DNA of 64,000 bases from Nannocystales bacterium (GCA_050633305.1 JBOEGF010000004.1:1-64000), one strand, 5' to 3'; counted from the first letter of the stretch, positions 32,975 through 42,262 are shown. The notes: a model not told the origin generated them from the letters alone. A program made the numbers and translations.

Positions 32975-33611
32975 TCCGAGCACGATCGTCACCGCGTCGC
33001 AGTACGGCCGCGTTCGCAGGGACTATCGAAGGATCGTCGCGGGTCGGCGGGCACGTCGGCGTGTCCGGATGGGCGTCGTGGGCAGCTTGCAGTTCGAGAC
33101 CCCCGAGTTTGCCGTATGGCACGTGCACGAGCTGTTGCACTTCGAGGGGTGGTCACAGGAGCGGGTCGAGCGCACGCTCGAGGACGTCGAGCCCTGGGTT
33201 CCGGGCGCAGACGAACTCGTGGCAACGTTGATGGTCGACACCTCCGATGCGGCGTATGCCGAAGCCATCGGGGGTCTCCTCGCGCAGCCCGGATCGGTCG
33301 TGCTTCGCGCGGGCCGGGATGCTCTGTCGAGCGAGGTGGTCGAAGCGGGAACGCCTTCCGACCCTGTTTGGTACCTGCGCTGGCGCGTCACGCCTTGGTG
33401 GCACGCAGCGCTGAGTTCAGGAACGCTGTGCGCCCACGTTGCCTGGGATCCCACACCGATCCAGTTCCCCGCGGTCACGGCCGCAGCTCTCCGGACGGAC
33501 CTTGTCGAAACCCGAGGTGCGTCTTCCACTGTTCTCCAACGCCTCCTCGAGCGCACACAAGTCCAAGCCCATGTCCAACCCGAGAGTTCTTGTCACACAG
33601 CCCGCCCCTGA
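32961..33611 (+). CDS. DUF3501 family protein
   Basis: YGRVRRDYRR...RRRVRMG...LQFET, PGADELVATLMVD and PVWYLRW match the DUF3501 pattern. Confidence 0.75.
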   Translation: MAKLDPSTIVTASQYGRVRRDYRRIVAGRRARRRVRMGVVGSLQFETPEFAVWHVHELLHFEGWSQERVERTLEDVEPWVPGADELVATLMVDTSDAAYAEAIGGLLAQPGSVVLRAGRDALSSEVVEAGTPSDPVWYLRWRVTPWWHAALSSGTLCAHVAWDPTPIQFPAVTAAALRTDLVETRGASSTVLQRLLERTQVQAHVQPESSCHTARP

Positions 33612-34182
33612 CTTCACCTGTGCCGCGGTCGGCCCGGAGGGAAACATCGTGGAGAGCCTGCGGTTCTCCGAGTTCTCCGAGGGCAGGGTGACCGCCCTGG
33701 TGTTCTACCCGCTCGACTTCACGTTCGTGTGTCCGTCAGAACTGATCGCGCTCGATCACCGCATGGAGACGCTCCGGGAGCGCAGCGTTGAAGTCCTGGC
33801 GGTGTCGATTGATTCCCAGTTCACGCACGCAGCGTGGCGGAAGACGAAGATTGAGGACGGCGGAATCGGTCCGGTTCGCTACACGATGGCCGCCGACGTC
33901 AAACACGAGATCTGTCAGGCATACGGCGTGGAGCATGGCGACGGCGTCGCGTTGCGGGCGACGTTCTTGATCGACGACAAGGGGATTGTCCGAGCGCAGC
34001 TCGTCAACGACCTGCCCCTGGGGCGCAACATGGACGAGCTCCTGCGGCTCGTCGACGCCCTTGCATTCCACGAAGAGCACGGCGAGGTCTGCCCCGCGGG
34101 TTGGCAGCGCGGTCGTGCCGGGATGGATGCAAGTACGGATGGCGTCGCCCGCTACCTTGCGAAACACGCAACGCAGCTCTAG
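33571..34182 (+). CDS. ahpC: typical 2-Cys peroxiredoxin (AhpC/TSA)
   Basis: APDF, FYPLDFTFVCPSE, GRNMDELLRL and GEVCPAGW. Confidence 0.96.
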   Translation: MSNPRVLVTQPAPDFTCAAVGPEGNIVESLRFSEFSEGRVTALVFYPLDFTFVCPSELIALDHRMETLRERSVEVLAVSIDSQFTHAAWRKTKIEDGGIGPVRYTMAADVKHEICQAYGVEHGDGVALRATFLIDDKGIVRAQLVNDLPLGRNMDELLRLVDALAFHEEHGEVCPAGWQRGRAGMDASTDGVARYLAKHATQL

Positions 34183-34248
34183 GGGCCGTCCGGGCCGCTC
34201 TCCTCGACTCCGTTCAAGCTACGCTCCTGATCCTCGACCGGTTCGGGC

Positions 34249-35949
34249 TCAGAGGCCTTCGAGGTGGGCCTCTTGCGTGATCCGTGCGTCCAGGGTCACG
34301 AGGCCGCGGGGGTCCAGCATTCGGACCGGGCCCAGGTCGACGCTGAGCACCCGCGGAGCGTGCTCGAACAGGGCGGACAGGTGCGAGAAGACGGCGGCCA
34401 GTCCCGGCACGTCCGGGTCAGTCTGCCGACGTAGCGCGGGCATCGGGGCGCGGGACAACACCGCGTGGGCAAGCGCGATCGCGTCCTCGGGCCGGAGTGG
34501 AAGCAACGCCAGCGCGGGTTCAATCGGGGCGCTGGCGCCCTCGATCCGTCCGTAGACCACGACCGAGTCGTTGGCGAGCCGCCGAGCGCCGCAGCGAATG
34601 TCGATGCCGCCGGCGACCATCTCGGCGACGACGACACCATCCACGCGCGCGGTCGGGGCGGAGCGTTCGACGTTGTCCATGATGCGGGCGTAGGCGCGGC
34701 GGACCGCGGATGCGGTCTCCAGGGAGAGCACCACACCCCCGATGTCCGTTCGACGACGAAGGTCGGGGCTGAGCACCTTGAGCACGACCGGGTAGCCGAT
34801 GCGGTCCGCGAAGCCAGCCGCACCGCTGGCGGAGTTGGCGACCGCTTGCCGGGTGACCTCGAACCCGAATCCGCGCAGGACGACCTTGCTCTCCTGATCC
34901 GTGAGGACCTCGGCGGCGTTGCGGAGGAGCTCGCGAGCTCGGGTGAGCCCATCTTCATCCGCGGGCTCGACCACGGGCAGCTCGCGCCCGAGAACCTCAT
35001 CGTGGGCCCGCGCGCGCAGCAGCGCCCGCTGGGCGAGGAAGGCTGCGGTGGGTGCCTGCAGTGGGACGGCTCCGTCGGGGGTTTGCATCCCCACGGCCGC
35101 GCCGATGATGGGGAGTGCGCGACGCGCCTGGTTCCAAAGCGCGAGCTGGTCCGCCGTCGGAGGCACGGCGCTTTGTCGATGCTCGAGACCGTCGAGCACC
35201 CCAGCGATCACTCGCGGTGCGGGAAAGACGGGCCCGGTTCGACGCTCCAGTGCATGGGCTGCGACGACGGTGAGGAGCGCGTCGTCCTCGTCGTCGTCCA
35301 CCGAAGGGGCGTCGATCCCCAGCGGGACGAGAACGACCGGAGCCTCGCGGTTGCGGATCCAGGGGATCCACGGCCCCGACAGGGCGGCGCGCTCCAGCGT
35401 GCCCGCGATGGGGATGGAGGCGAGCGAGGGGTGTTCGGCGATGCAGCAGAGCCACGGGGGGGTGGGGGCGAGACGCAGCGGCAGGTCGCGCGGGCCCAGG
35501 GCGCGGCTGATGCCTTCGAGTTCGTCGGCCGAGTGTGCGCAGGCGAGCGCCCGTGCCGTGTTGCGGCTGGCGAGGTCACCGACGCGCAGGACGGCGGCGG
35601 GCCCCAGGACGAACGTCGCCAACGACGACAGCGCGGCGGGGTCTTCGAGTTCGTGGCCGTCGCCGGTGAGGACAAGCAGCGCGGGCGGGGAAGTTCGAAG
35701 GGCGCGCAGCAGCGGCGGGGACAGCTTGCGAAGGACGACGACCGCCACCTGATCGTCGCGGATCGCTTTGGCCAGCTCGCGTTCCCGGGAGGGCTCGCCG
35801 GGTCCATCGTACCGGCTCTCCTCGACGCCAGGTCCGATGAGAACCCGGTTGTGGGCTCCGCGGGCAGGCCACAAAGACTCGACGACGACGGCCGTAGCCC
35901 TCGCCGTGTCGCTCTCGCCACCGGTGTTCAGGCCGGCGCCTGGCTCCAC
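34249..35949 (-). CDS. acetate--CoA ligase (ADP-forming)-like protein with ATP-grasp domain, degenerate
   Basis: C-terminal GYPVVLKVLSPD..DIGGV..GVVVAEMV..DARI ATP-grasp pattern. Start uncertain (GTG 35949). Confidence 0.7.
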   Translation of the reverse strand: MEPGAGLNTGGESDTARATAVVVESLWPARGAHNRVLIGPGVEESRYDGPGEPSRERELAKAIRDDQVAVVVLRKLSPPLLRALRTSPPALLVLTGDGHELEDPAALSSLATFVLGPAAVLRVGDLASRNTARALACAHSADELEGISRALGPRDLPLRLAPTPPWLCCIAEHPSLASIPIAGTLERAALSGPWIPWIRNREAPVVLVPLGIDAPSVDDDEDDALLTVVAAHALERRTGPVFPAPRVIAGVLDGLEHRQSAVPPTADQLALWNQARRALPIIGAAVGMQTPDGAVPLQAPTAAFLAQRALLRARAHDEVLGRELPVVEPADEDGLTRARELLRNAAEVLTDQESKVVLRGFGFEVTRQAVANSASGAAGFADRIGYPVVLKVLSPDLRRRTDIGGVVLSLETASAVRRAYARIMDNVERSAPTARVDGVVVAEMVAGGIDIRCGARRLANDSVVVYGRIEGASAPIEPALALLPLRPEDAIALAHAVLSRAPMPALRRQTDPDVPGLAAVFSHLSALFEHAPRVLSVDLGPVRMLDPRGLVTLDARITQEAHLEGL

Positions 35950-36779
35950 GGTCCCTCGCGCAGGCTGGCAATCACGTCGGGCCATCGCCCGGGCATCACC
36001 CAATCTGCGTGTTTCCACGCGGCGGGGACCTGGTCGGTCGGCGCCTGGGAGGTTGGCCCCGCGAGGACCAGGACACGGCCGCGATCCGTTCGGGGTTCCA
36101 GGCCGAGCGGGCTGTCTGGCGCGCGCAGAAGCAGCGTGGTGCCGCCGCGGAGGTGGGGGCCGTCGTCCAGCGTGCTCGGCTCGGCTCCCAGACCCCGGAG
36201 CGCGGTCGTGACGACGGGGTCGAGGTTTTCTGGCGCCACATAGCCCAGCGGCGCGGCGCCGAGGTCGAAGACCGGGAGGTCGGGTCGTTCGGCGCCGTCG
36301 TCCGAGGCACGGACGAACTCCGGCAACGGCGCAACATCGACGTCACCTTCGAACTCCGGGTCGAGCTCGGCGTTGAATCGGTGCCACGGCTTCACGCCCG
36401 CGACGACGGCGGTCAGCGCGTCGGCGGCGGCGAAGGGGGGGCTGCGCCGCTCGATCCAACGAGGGACCGCGGCACCCAGCTCGAGCTCTGCGGCCGTTGC
36501 GAGCCCGGCTGGGGTGAATGGGACGAGCACGTGAACGGGGTTGAGCCGCTCGCAGAGATTGCGCAGTCCGTTGGGCCCACCAAACTGCAGCACGTCGGCA
36601 CCGAACCGGGCAGCTGCGGCGACGATGCTTCGGTCCGCTTCGCCTGCATCGCCCACGCACAGTCCGGTCACGGAGGCACCTCGCGCTGATCCGATGTCGC
36701 GCGCCCAACACAGCGCCACGGCGCTTGCGGGGTGCAGACCTTGGGCCGTGCGCTGCAGGTGGACCGCAATGTGGGCCAT
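35928..36779 (-). CDS. hypothetical protein with remote EtfA-like N- and C-terminal segments
   Basis: N-terminus HIAVHLQ..GLHPASAVALCWARDI..VTGLCVG..AARFGADV and C-terminus WKHADWVMPGRWPDVI. Coupled to the DUF507 stop (TAATG). Confidence 0.55.
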   Translation of the reverse strand: MAHIAVHLQRTAQGLHPASAVALCWARDIGSARGASVTGLCVGDAGEADRSIVAAAARFGADVLQFGGPNGLRNLCERLNPVHVLVPFTPAGLATAAELELGAAVPRWIERRSPPFAAADALTAVVAGVKPWHRFNAELDPEFEGDVDVAPLPEFVRASDDGAERPDLPVFDLGAAPLGYVAPENLDPVVTTALRGLGAEPSTLDDGPHLRGGTTLLLRAPDSPLGLEPRTDRGRVLVLAGPTSQAPTDQVPAAWKHADWVMPGRWPDVIASLREGPWSQAPA

Positions 36780-37291
36780 TAGGACAGCCCGTACTTGTTC
36801 TTCACCGCTTCGAGTTGCTTCTGGTACTCGATCTCGAACGAGTCGGTGCCTTCGGACAGGTGCTTGATGTGCCGGCGAACCTCACGATCGAGGTCGTCGT
36901 CGGCCTGCATGTGTCGACGCAGCACCTCCTTGAGCATGCGGCGGAGCTGAGCGTCGTCGGCGAAGATCTCTTCGACGAATTGGCTTCGCATGAACAACTC
37001 GACGAGCTGGTTGGCGATCCAGTTGATCGACTCGTCGCCGATGCCGAAGTCCTCGCGCTCGGCGAGCTGGCGTTTGGTGCGAAAGAGGTCCGAGTACGGG
37101 AGGCCGCGACGTTCAAGGGTGTCCTTGGCGGTCTCGGTCAACTCTCGGTCCTTACGCAGGTACTCCCGGAGGATGGACTCGACGTCTCGCTTGAACTCCT
37201 CGCGGTCGTTCGTCTCGATGTGGCCCGGTTCGACGAGGGACCGAGAGACAGCATCGGTGATATGCGAGATCTTGCTGGCGTACAGGCGCAT
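36779..37291 (-). CDS. DUF507 family protein
   Basis: MRLYASKI...KRQLA...VEEIFADD...DDDLDREVRRHIKHLSEGT, the duplicated DUF507 pattern. Confidence 0.8.
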   Translation of the reverse strand: MRLYASKISHITDAVSRSLVEPGHIETNDREEFKRDVESILREYLRKDRELTETAKDTLERRGLPYSDLFRTKRQLAEREDFGIGDESINWIANQLVELFMRSQFVEEIFADDAQLRRMLKEVLRRHMQADDDLDREVRRHIKHLSEGTDSFEIEYQKQLEAVKNKYGLS

Positions 37292-37365
37292 GGGAGGATC
37301 GCCCGGAGCATAGAGGGAGGCGACCGGGGCCGTCAAAAGGTGCTCCCAGAGGTACGCTGGCCGGC

Positions 37366-37818
37366 ATGGCAGAGGCATCCCCGAGGCTCCTCGTCGCTGC
37401 GGGCCTGGTCTGGCTCAGTCCCGGGCGCGTGCTCTTGCAGCGCCGTTCTGACCACGCTGCGCACGGAGCGGGGTGCCTGGAGTTTCCGGGGGGGAAGGTC
37501 GAGCGGGGGGAGGCCCCGGTGCGGGCTCTCGCGCGGGAGTTGGTGGAAGAGTGGGGGCCGCGCGCGTCGGAGCTCGCGGTCGGGCCGATCGCAGAGGTCC
37601 TTCACCACGTCTACCCGCCGCCGGGACCCGAGGTGGTGCTGTTGGTGTTCCACGTTGACGGGGCGGCCTGGGCGGAGCACGAAGGAGGCGAGGCCGAGCT
37701 CGAGCCGGGCGCCACCGTGTGCGCCCATGACTGTGGTGCGCTCCCGATCGAGGCGTTCTTGGAAGCTGACCAGCCGTTTGCCGCAGCGATTGCGCGGGGC
37801 GAGCTTCGGCGTCCCTGA
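37366..37818 (+). CDS. NUDIX hydrolase, MutT-like
   Basis: Nudix box EFPGGKVERGEAPVRALARELVEEWG, plus HVYP and FLEAD. Confidence 0.88.
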   Translation: MAEASPRLLVAAGLVWLSPGRVLLQRRSDHAAHGAGCLEFPGGKVERGEAPVRALARELVEEWGPRASELAVGPIAEVLHHVYPPPGPEVVLLVFHVDGAAWAEHEGGEAELEPGATVCAHDCGALPIEAFLEADQPFAAAIARGELRRP

Positions 37819-37861
37819 GCGCGCGTGACCCGGCTGGGCCGCCTGGTATCCTCGGTGTCGG

Positions 37862-39631
37862 ATGATGGGGATGCGTTGGATGTGGTTGGGTGTCGCCGGG
37901 CTGGCGGTCGCTTGTGAGGGAGGCTCGAGCGGGACCGGGACATCGGTGGGCACCTTGGGCGGACTGACGACGGTGGGAGGCGGGACCGACACCGATGCGA
38001 GTACCGGGCCGACCGCCGGGACCTCGGGAGTCTCGCAGACCTCGGGAAGCACAGCTCCCACCGGGGTCGCAGACACAGGCACCGACAGCTGCATTTGCGA
38101 GCCGGGCGAGGCCATCGGTTGTGTGGGCACCGCGGTCGAGGTCTGTGCGGACGACTGCCTCAGTACCCGCGAGGAATCCTGTGTCGTGCCCGAAGAGTGT
38201 GTCGGTGGGACGTGTCAGCTGGTGGGCTGCATGCCTGGCAGCACCCAGTGTGCTCCGGACGGGTCCGGCGTTCAGACGTGTGACGGCTTCGCGGAGTGGG
38301 GACCGGGCGTTCCGTGCCCCGCAGCCGAGGAGTGTTACGGCGGCGCCTGTGTCTCGCTGTGTGACCTCGCCGCTGCGACGCCGTCTTCGCAAGGTTGCTC
38401 GTTCCGCGCGAACAACATGCAGACCTACAGCCAGTTCACGGAACCGTCTGCGCTCGTCGTTGGGAACACCTCCGAAGTCCTCACGGCGCAGCTGCAGATG
38501 TATCTGGTCCAGGCGGGTGCTGAAGTGGCGCAGGGAGGCCCCGTCTCGCTCGCGCCCGGCGCCACCCACACCTTCACGTTGACGCAGGCGAAGATGGGGC
38601 TGGGCAGCGTGCTGCGCTCAGGCGGCTCGTACCGGCTCGAAAGCGACGTGCCAGTGATCGCGTACCAGCACTCCCCCGTGGGGGCGCAGGCGGACAACGA
38701 CGCCTCCATGATCCTCCCGGACAACGCGGCGGGCGATGAGTTTCTGATCTCGAGCTACACGCCCAACATCCCCGGCGACCCGTCGTACTTCAACGTCATC
38801 GCCCTCGACGACGCCACGCTCGTGCAGTGGACGCCTCCAGTTGCGACCCCGGCGGGCACTGGCGTGCCGGCGGTTGCCGCCAATGCGACGGGCATGGTCA
38901 CGATGAACGCCGGCGACACACTTCAGGTCGCCGTGTACGCCGACCTGACGGGCACGCGCGTGACCTCCGACAACCCGGTCTGGGTGGTGGGGGCGATGAC
39001 CTGCGTCCAGGTTCCCACCGGGGTCACCGCGTGTGACCACCTGGAAGAACAACAGATCCCGCTCGAGTACTGGGGCGAGGAATACGTCGCCGCGCATGCT
39101 CCTGCGCGGGGCAGCGAGGACTACCACTGGCGCGTGTTTGCCGGGGACGACGGGGTGCTGATCTCCACCGACCCCGTACTGCCAGGATTCCCAACGACGC
39201 TCAACGACGGGGAGTGGTTCGAGTTCACCTCGACCGACAGCTTCGTCATGACCGCGGACGGTCCGTTCATGCCGGTGCAGTACATCGAGAGTCAAAGCGG
39301 AGGGGCAGGGACGGGCGACCCCGCGATGGTGCAGATGGTCCCGGTCGAGCAGTTCCTCGATCGGTACGCCTTCGTCACCGGCACCGGCTACGACGTCCAC
39401 TACGTGCAGATCACCCGCGACCTCGGGGGCGCCGACGTGTTGGTCGACGGTGTGGTGGTCGATGGGTACTACACGGTGGGCAGCTACGAGGTCGCCGACT
39501 GGCCGATCTCCGAAGGATCACACCTCGCGCAGAGCGACGACTCGTTCGGCATCATGTCCGTGGGGTACACCGGGTTCACCTCGTACGCGTATCCTGGCGG
39601 CCTCGAACTCGAGGTGATTAATCCTGGGTAG
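37862..39631 (+). CDS. lipoprotein with IgGFc-binding-protein N-terminal-like domain
   Basis: Lipobox LAVA-C, Thr/Gly linker, Cys-rich region, then SDVPVIAYQH, DASMILP, DHLEEQQIP..WG and SYAYPGG. Confidence 0.85.
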   Translation: MMGMRWMWLGVAGLAVACEGGSSGTGTSVGTLGGLTTVGGGTDTDASTGPTAGTSGVSQTSGSTAPTGVADTGTDSCICEPGEAIGCVGTAVEVCADDCLSTREESCVVPEECVGGTCQLVGCMPGSTQCAPDGSGVQTCDGFAEWGPGVPCPAAEECYGGACVSLCDLAAATPSSQGCSFRANNMQTYSQFTEPSALVVGNTSEVLTAQLQMYLVQAGAEVAQGGPVSLAPGATHTFTLTQAKMGLGSVLRSGGSYRLESDVPVIAYQHSPVGAQADNDASMILPDNAAGDEFLISSYTPNIPGDPSYFNVIALDDATLVQWTPPVATPAGTGVPAVAANATGMVTMNAGDTLQVAVYADLTGTRVTSDNPVWVVGAMTCVQVPTGVTACDHLEEQQIPLEYWGEEYVAAHAPARGSEDYHWRVFAGDDGVLISTDPVLPGFPTTLNDGEWFEFTSTDSFVMTADGPFMPVQYIESQSGGAGTGDPAMVQMVPVEQFLDRYAFVTGTGYDVHYVQITRDLGGADVLVDGVVVDGYYTVGSYEVADWPISEGSHLAQSDDSFGIMSVGYTGFTSYAYPGGLELEVINPG

Positions 39632-39636
39632 TGGTA

Positions 39637-39657
39637 GGGGCCTTTCGGAAAGGCCCC
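39637..39657. terminator. hairpin immediately after the IgGFc-like gene
   Basis: GGGGCCTTTC-G-GAAAGGCCCC, a perfect 10-bp inverted repeat. Confidence 0.55.
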
Positions 39658-39705
39658 CCGCTGCGGCGGTGTAGCCGCCTTCGCTCCCCCCAAACGGGCG
39701 CCCGA

Positions 39706-39838
39706 TCGGGCTTGGATGGCGTCCGGGTAGGCGGTGGTTCCGGTGGGCGCACTGTCGGGCTGGGTTGGCGTCCGAGGAGGAGGTTCCGGCGGGCGGCGTG
39801 TCGGGTTGGGTTGGCACCCACGGGGCTGGGTTAGCGGC
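39706..39838. repeat. degenerate direct repeats of about 46-49 bp period between convergent genes
   Basis: 39736-39773 versus 39782-39819 match at 31/38 nt. Partial copies occur at 39706 (TCGGGCTTGGATGGCGTCC) and 39822. Confidence 0.6.
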
Positions 39839-40388
39839 CGGACCAGGTTCGTTTGCGGCCGGTGTCGATGTGCACGAAGCCGCTGCTGCGGTACACGCCG
39901 ACGCCTCCGTCGTGGGTTCGCAGCAGCCACGGGTACAGCTCCTTGACGGAGACTCCGGCCAGGTTGAAGTCGATGGCGTGGCCGAGCGTGTGCTGGCTTC
40001 TCTTGGCGACCTCGCGGCCCTTCTTGCGCAGCATCTTGTTGTATTTGGGGTGCCGGAATCCGCTGACGATGCGGACGTGTCGGGAGTCGAAGTTGTGGGC
40101 AGCCGCAAGGATGCGATCGACCAGCTCGGGCGGGACGGCCTCCGGGGACTCCTGCGTAAACCAGCACCGTAGGAAACGGTCACGAGCGTCGGCGCTGAGG
40201 CCTGGGCCCTCCAGCGGCATGACCTCGTGCGTGTGCAGGTTCCGCGCGTAGACGATTTTGGCGGTTTCGGTCGTCGCGGGTTGCTCGCGCCCGAATTGCG
40301 CTTTCGCGGCCATGAACTGGGCCTTCTTTGACGGCTGGGCCTCGGGGGCGCCAAGCATCGCAAGCAGGCCGAGCGTCAGGGCAAACAC
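39831..40388 (-). CDS. YcbK/DUF882 (peptidase M15, MepK-like) exported protein
   Basis: Signal peptide, IVSGFR, SQHTLGHAIDF, GGVGVY..SGFVHIDTG and RTW. Confidence 0.9.
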   Translation of the reverse strand: MFALTLGLLAMLGAPEAQPSKKAQFMAAKAQFGREQPATTETAKIVYARNLHTHEVMPLEGPGLSADARDRFLRCWFTQESPEAVPPELVDRILAAAHNFDSRHVRIVSGFRHPKYNKMLRKKGREVAKRSQHTLGHAIDFNLAGVSVKELYPWLLRTHDGGVGVYRSSGFVHIDTGRKRTWSGR

Positions 40389-40527
40389 ACGACGACGGTA
40401 CCAGCACCAACGGCCCGTGGAAGGGCTGACCGGCACGCTTGGACGATCGTCGTGTCCGCGCCAGCCAAGCCGCCGGGAAACAGGCGCAGGACGAACGATT
40501 CACCTGCCGCCGGGCTGGGTCGTCGGC

Positions 40528-40995
40528 TCACTCTCCCGTTTTGGGAGCGCCGAAGCGTTCCACTTCCACATAGCCCTCGCCCTCGCGGCGAAACAGCACG
40601 GCGCCACCGATGCCATCTTCCTGGGCGTCGATCACCAAGTAGTCGACGGGCAGGCCTGCGGAGAGGGCGGCGGAGGTGTCTTCTCCGGAGAAGTACGCTC
40701 CGACCCGCGGGTGCGAGTGATAGATGATCGTGGCCGGGTCGTCGGACTCGAAGCTTCGGGTGAGGTCGAGAAGCTCTCGGCCACCGATGTTGTAGCCATT
40801 CTCAGCCGTCCGCGGATGGTCCTTGGGGCTGAAGGCGTGCAGCTGGTCTTGGCGGTTCTTGCACTGCACCACCCGCGCATCAGCACCCCGGCCGTGAATG
40901 TAGCCGCAGCACTCTTTGGGAAACTCGGCCTGCGCTTGTGCGTAGATGGACTCGAGGTGTGCCTCAAGCAGGGAAGGGGTGTCGTTACCAGACAT
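40528..40995 (-). CDS. JAMM/MPN+ metallopeptidase (Mec-like)
   Basis: PKECCG...YHSHPRVGAYFSGED, the JAMM motif E..HxHx7SxxD. Confidence 0.93.
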   Translation of the reverse strand: MSGNDTPSLLEAHLESIYAQAQAEFPKECCGYIHGRGADARVVQCKNRQDQLHAFSPKDHPRTAENGYNIGGRELLDLTRSFESDDPATIIYHSHPRVGAYFSGEDTSAALSAGLPVDYLVIDAQEDGIGGAVLFRREGEGYVEVERFGAPKTGE

Positions 40996-41980
40996 AGTGT
41001 TTCTCCCACTTCAGTGGGCCGAAGTAGCGGTCGCCGCGGTCGCACAGGACGGTGACGACGACGCCTTCTTCGCCGCGGGCTGCGAGCTCCTTACCCACAC
41101 GCAAGGCTGCTGCAACGTTGGCGCCCGCGGAGTGTCCAACGAACAGGGCCTCCTGCTGCGCGAGCCGCTCGGACATGTCCCATCCCTCGTCCGTCGGCAT
41201 CCACATCGTGTCATCGATCGCGTCCTCTTCGTAGATCTCCGGAACGATGGAGCTGGGGAGGTGCTTGAGCCCTTCAAGGCCGTGCCAGGAATCGTCGGGC
41301 TGCATGCCGATGCAGCGGATGTTGGGGTTGTACTCGTGAAGCCGTCGCGAGGTCCCGATGATGGTGCCGCTGGTGCCGATGCCGGTCACGAAGTGGGTGA
41401 CCCGGCCGCGGGTCTGCTCCCAGATCTCGACGGCGGTTCCATCGTAGTGCGCGAGCCAGTTGGAGTCGTTGGCGTATTGGTTCGGGTAGTAGTAGCGCTC
41501 GGGGTGCTCGGCGGCGAGCTTGCGGGCCTCGATGATGGCCCCGTCGCTGCCAAGCATGGGGTCGGAGAAGACCAGCTCCGTGCCGAAGCCCTTGGTGATC
41601 TGCTTTCGCGGAAGGCTGACGTTCTCGGGCATCACCAAGGTGATCGGAATGTTCAACGCCGCGCCGACCAGCGAGTACGCGATGCCGGTGTTGCCGCTGG
41701 TGCTGTCCAGAAGGCGGCGCCCATTGCCCAGGTCGCCGCGCTCGAGCGCATCGTGAATGATACGGCTCGCGGCGCGGTCTTTGACCGAGCCGCCGGGGTT
41801 GGAGAACTCAGCCTTGGCCCAGATCTCCACGCCTGGACACTCCGTATCGATCCGTCCCAGCCGAAGCAAAGGCGTATTGCCCACGAGGTCCAGGACGGAG
41901 TCCACGGGACCGGGTGGACGCCGGGCAGCGCCCAGCTGGACACCAGCGGGCACGGGCGTGGCGATCGATGCGGCGCCCAT
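40985..41980 (-). CDS. cysM: PLP-dependent cysteine synthase family protein (CysM-like)
   Basis: GNTPL, NPGGSVKDR, STSGNTG, GIGTSGT and GLEGLK, next to the Ubl and JAMM genes. Confidence 0.85.
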   Translation of the reverse strand: MGAASIATPVPAGVQLGAARRPPGPVDSVLDLVGNTPLLRLGRIDTECPGVEIWAKAEFSNPGGSVKDRAASRIIHDALERGDLGNGRRLLDSTSGNTGIAYSLVGAALNIPITLVMPENVSLPRKQITKGFGTELVFSDPMLGSDGAIIEARKLAAEHPERYYYPNQYANDSNWLAHYDGTAVEIWEQTRGRVTHFVTGIGTSGTIIGTSRRLHEYNPNIRCIGMQPDDSWHGLEGLKHLPSSIVPEIYEEDAIDDTMWMPTDEGWDMSERLAQQEALFVGHSAGANVAAALRVGKELAARGEEGVVVTVLCDRGDRYFGPLKWEKHYVW

Positions 41981-41986
41981 GATCGG

Positions 41987-42262
41987 CTACCAGCCTCCGG
42001 CGATCGCCGGAATGATGCTGACCTCGTCGCCGTCTTTGACCGCGGTCTCGAGGTTGTCCATGAAGCGGATGTCTTCGTCGGCGACGAACACGTTGACGAA
42101 CCGACGAACCGCGCCGCCCTCGTCGACGATGCGCTCACCGATGCCCGGGAAGGACGTCTCGAGGTTGCCGAGGAGGTCGCGCACGTTTCCACCGTCGACG
42201 GAGACCTCTTCTTGGCCTTGGGTGTATTTGCGGAGGGCGGGAGGGATGTGAACCGTTGCCAT
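41987..42262 (-). CDS. MoaD/ThiS/CysO-like ubiquitin-fold sulfur carrier ending in GG-W
   Basis: VHIPPALRKYT..RRFVNVFV.DEDIRF..SIIPAIAGGW. DNA reads GCC GGA GGC TGG TAG. Confidence 0.93.
   Translation of the reverse strand: MATVHIPPALRKYTQGQEEVSVDGGNVRDLLGNLETSFPGIGERIVDEGGAVRRFVNVFVADEDIRFMDNLETAVKDGDEVSIIPAIAGGW

Noticed and set aside
34201..34249. Imperfect TCCTCGAC..GTTC direct repeat between convergent genes
   Set aside because: Two short copies, compatible with chance in GC-rich DNA.
39706..39838. Possible CRISPR array
   Set aside because: Repeats are degenerate, intervening sequences are only about 8-11 bp, and there are no cas genes.
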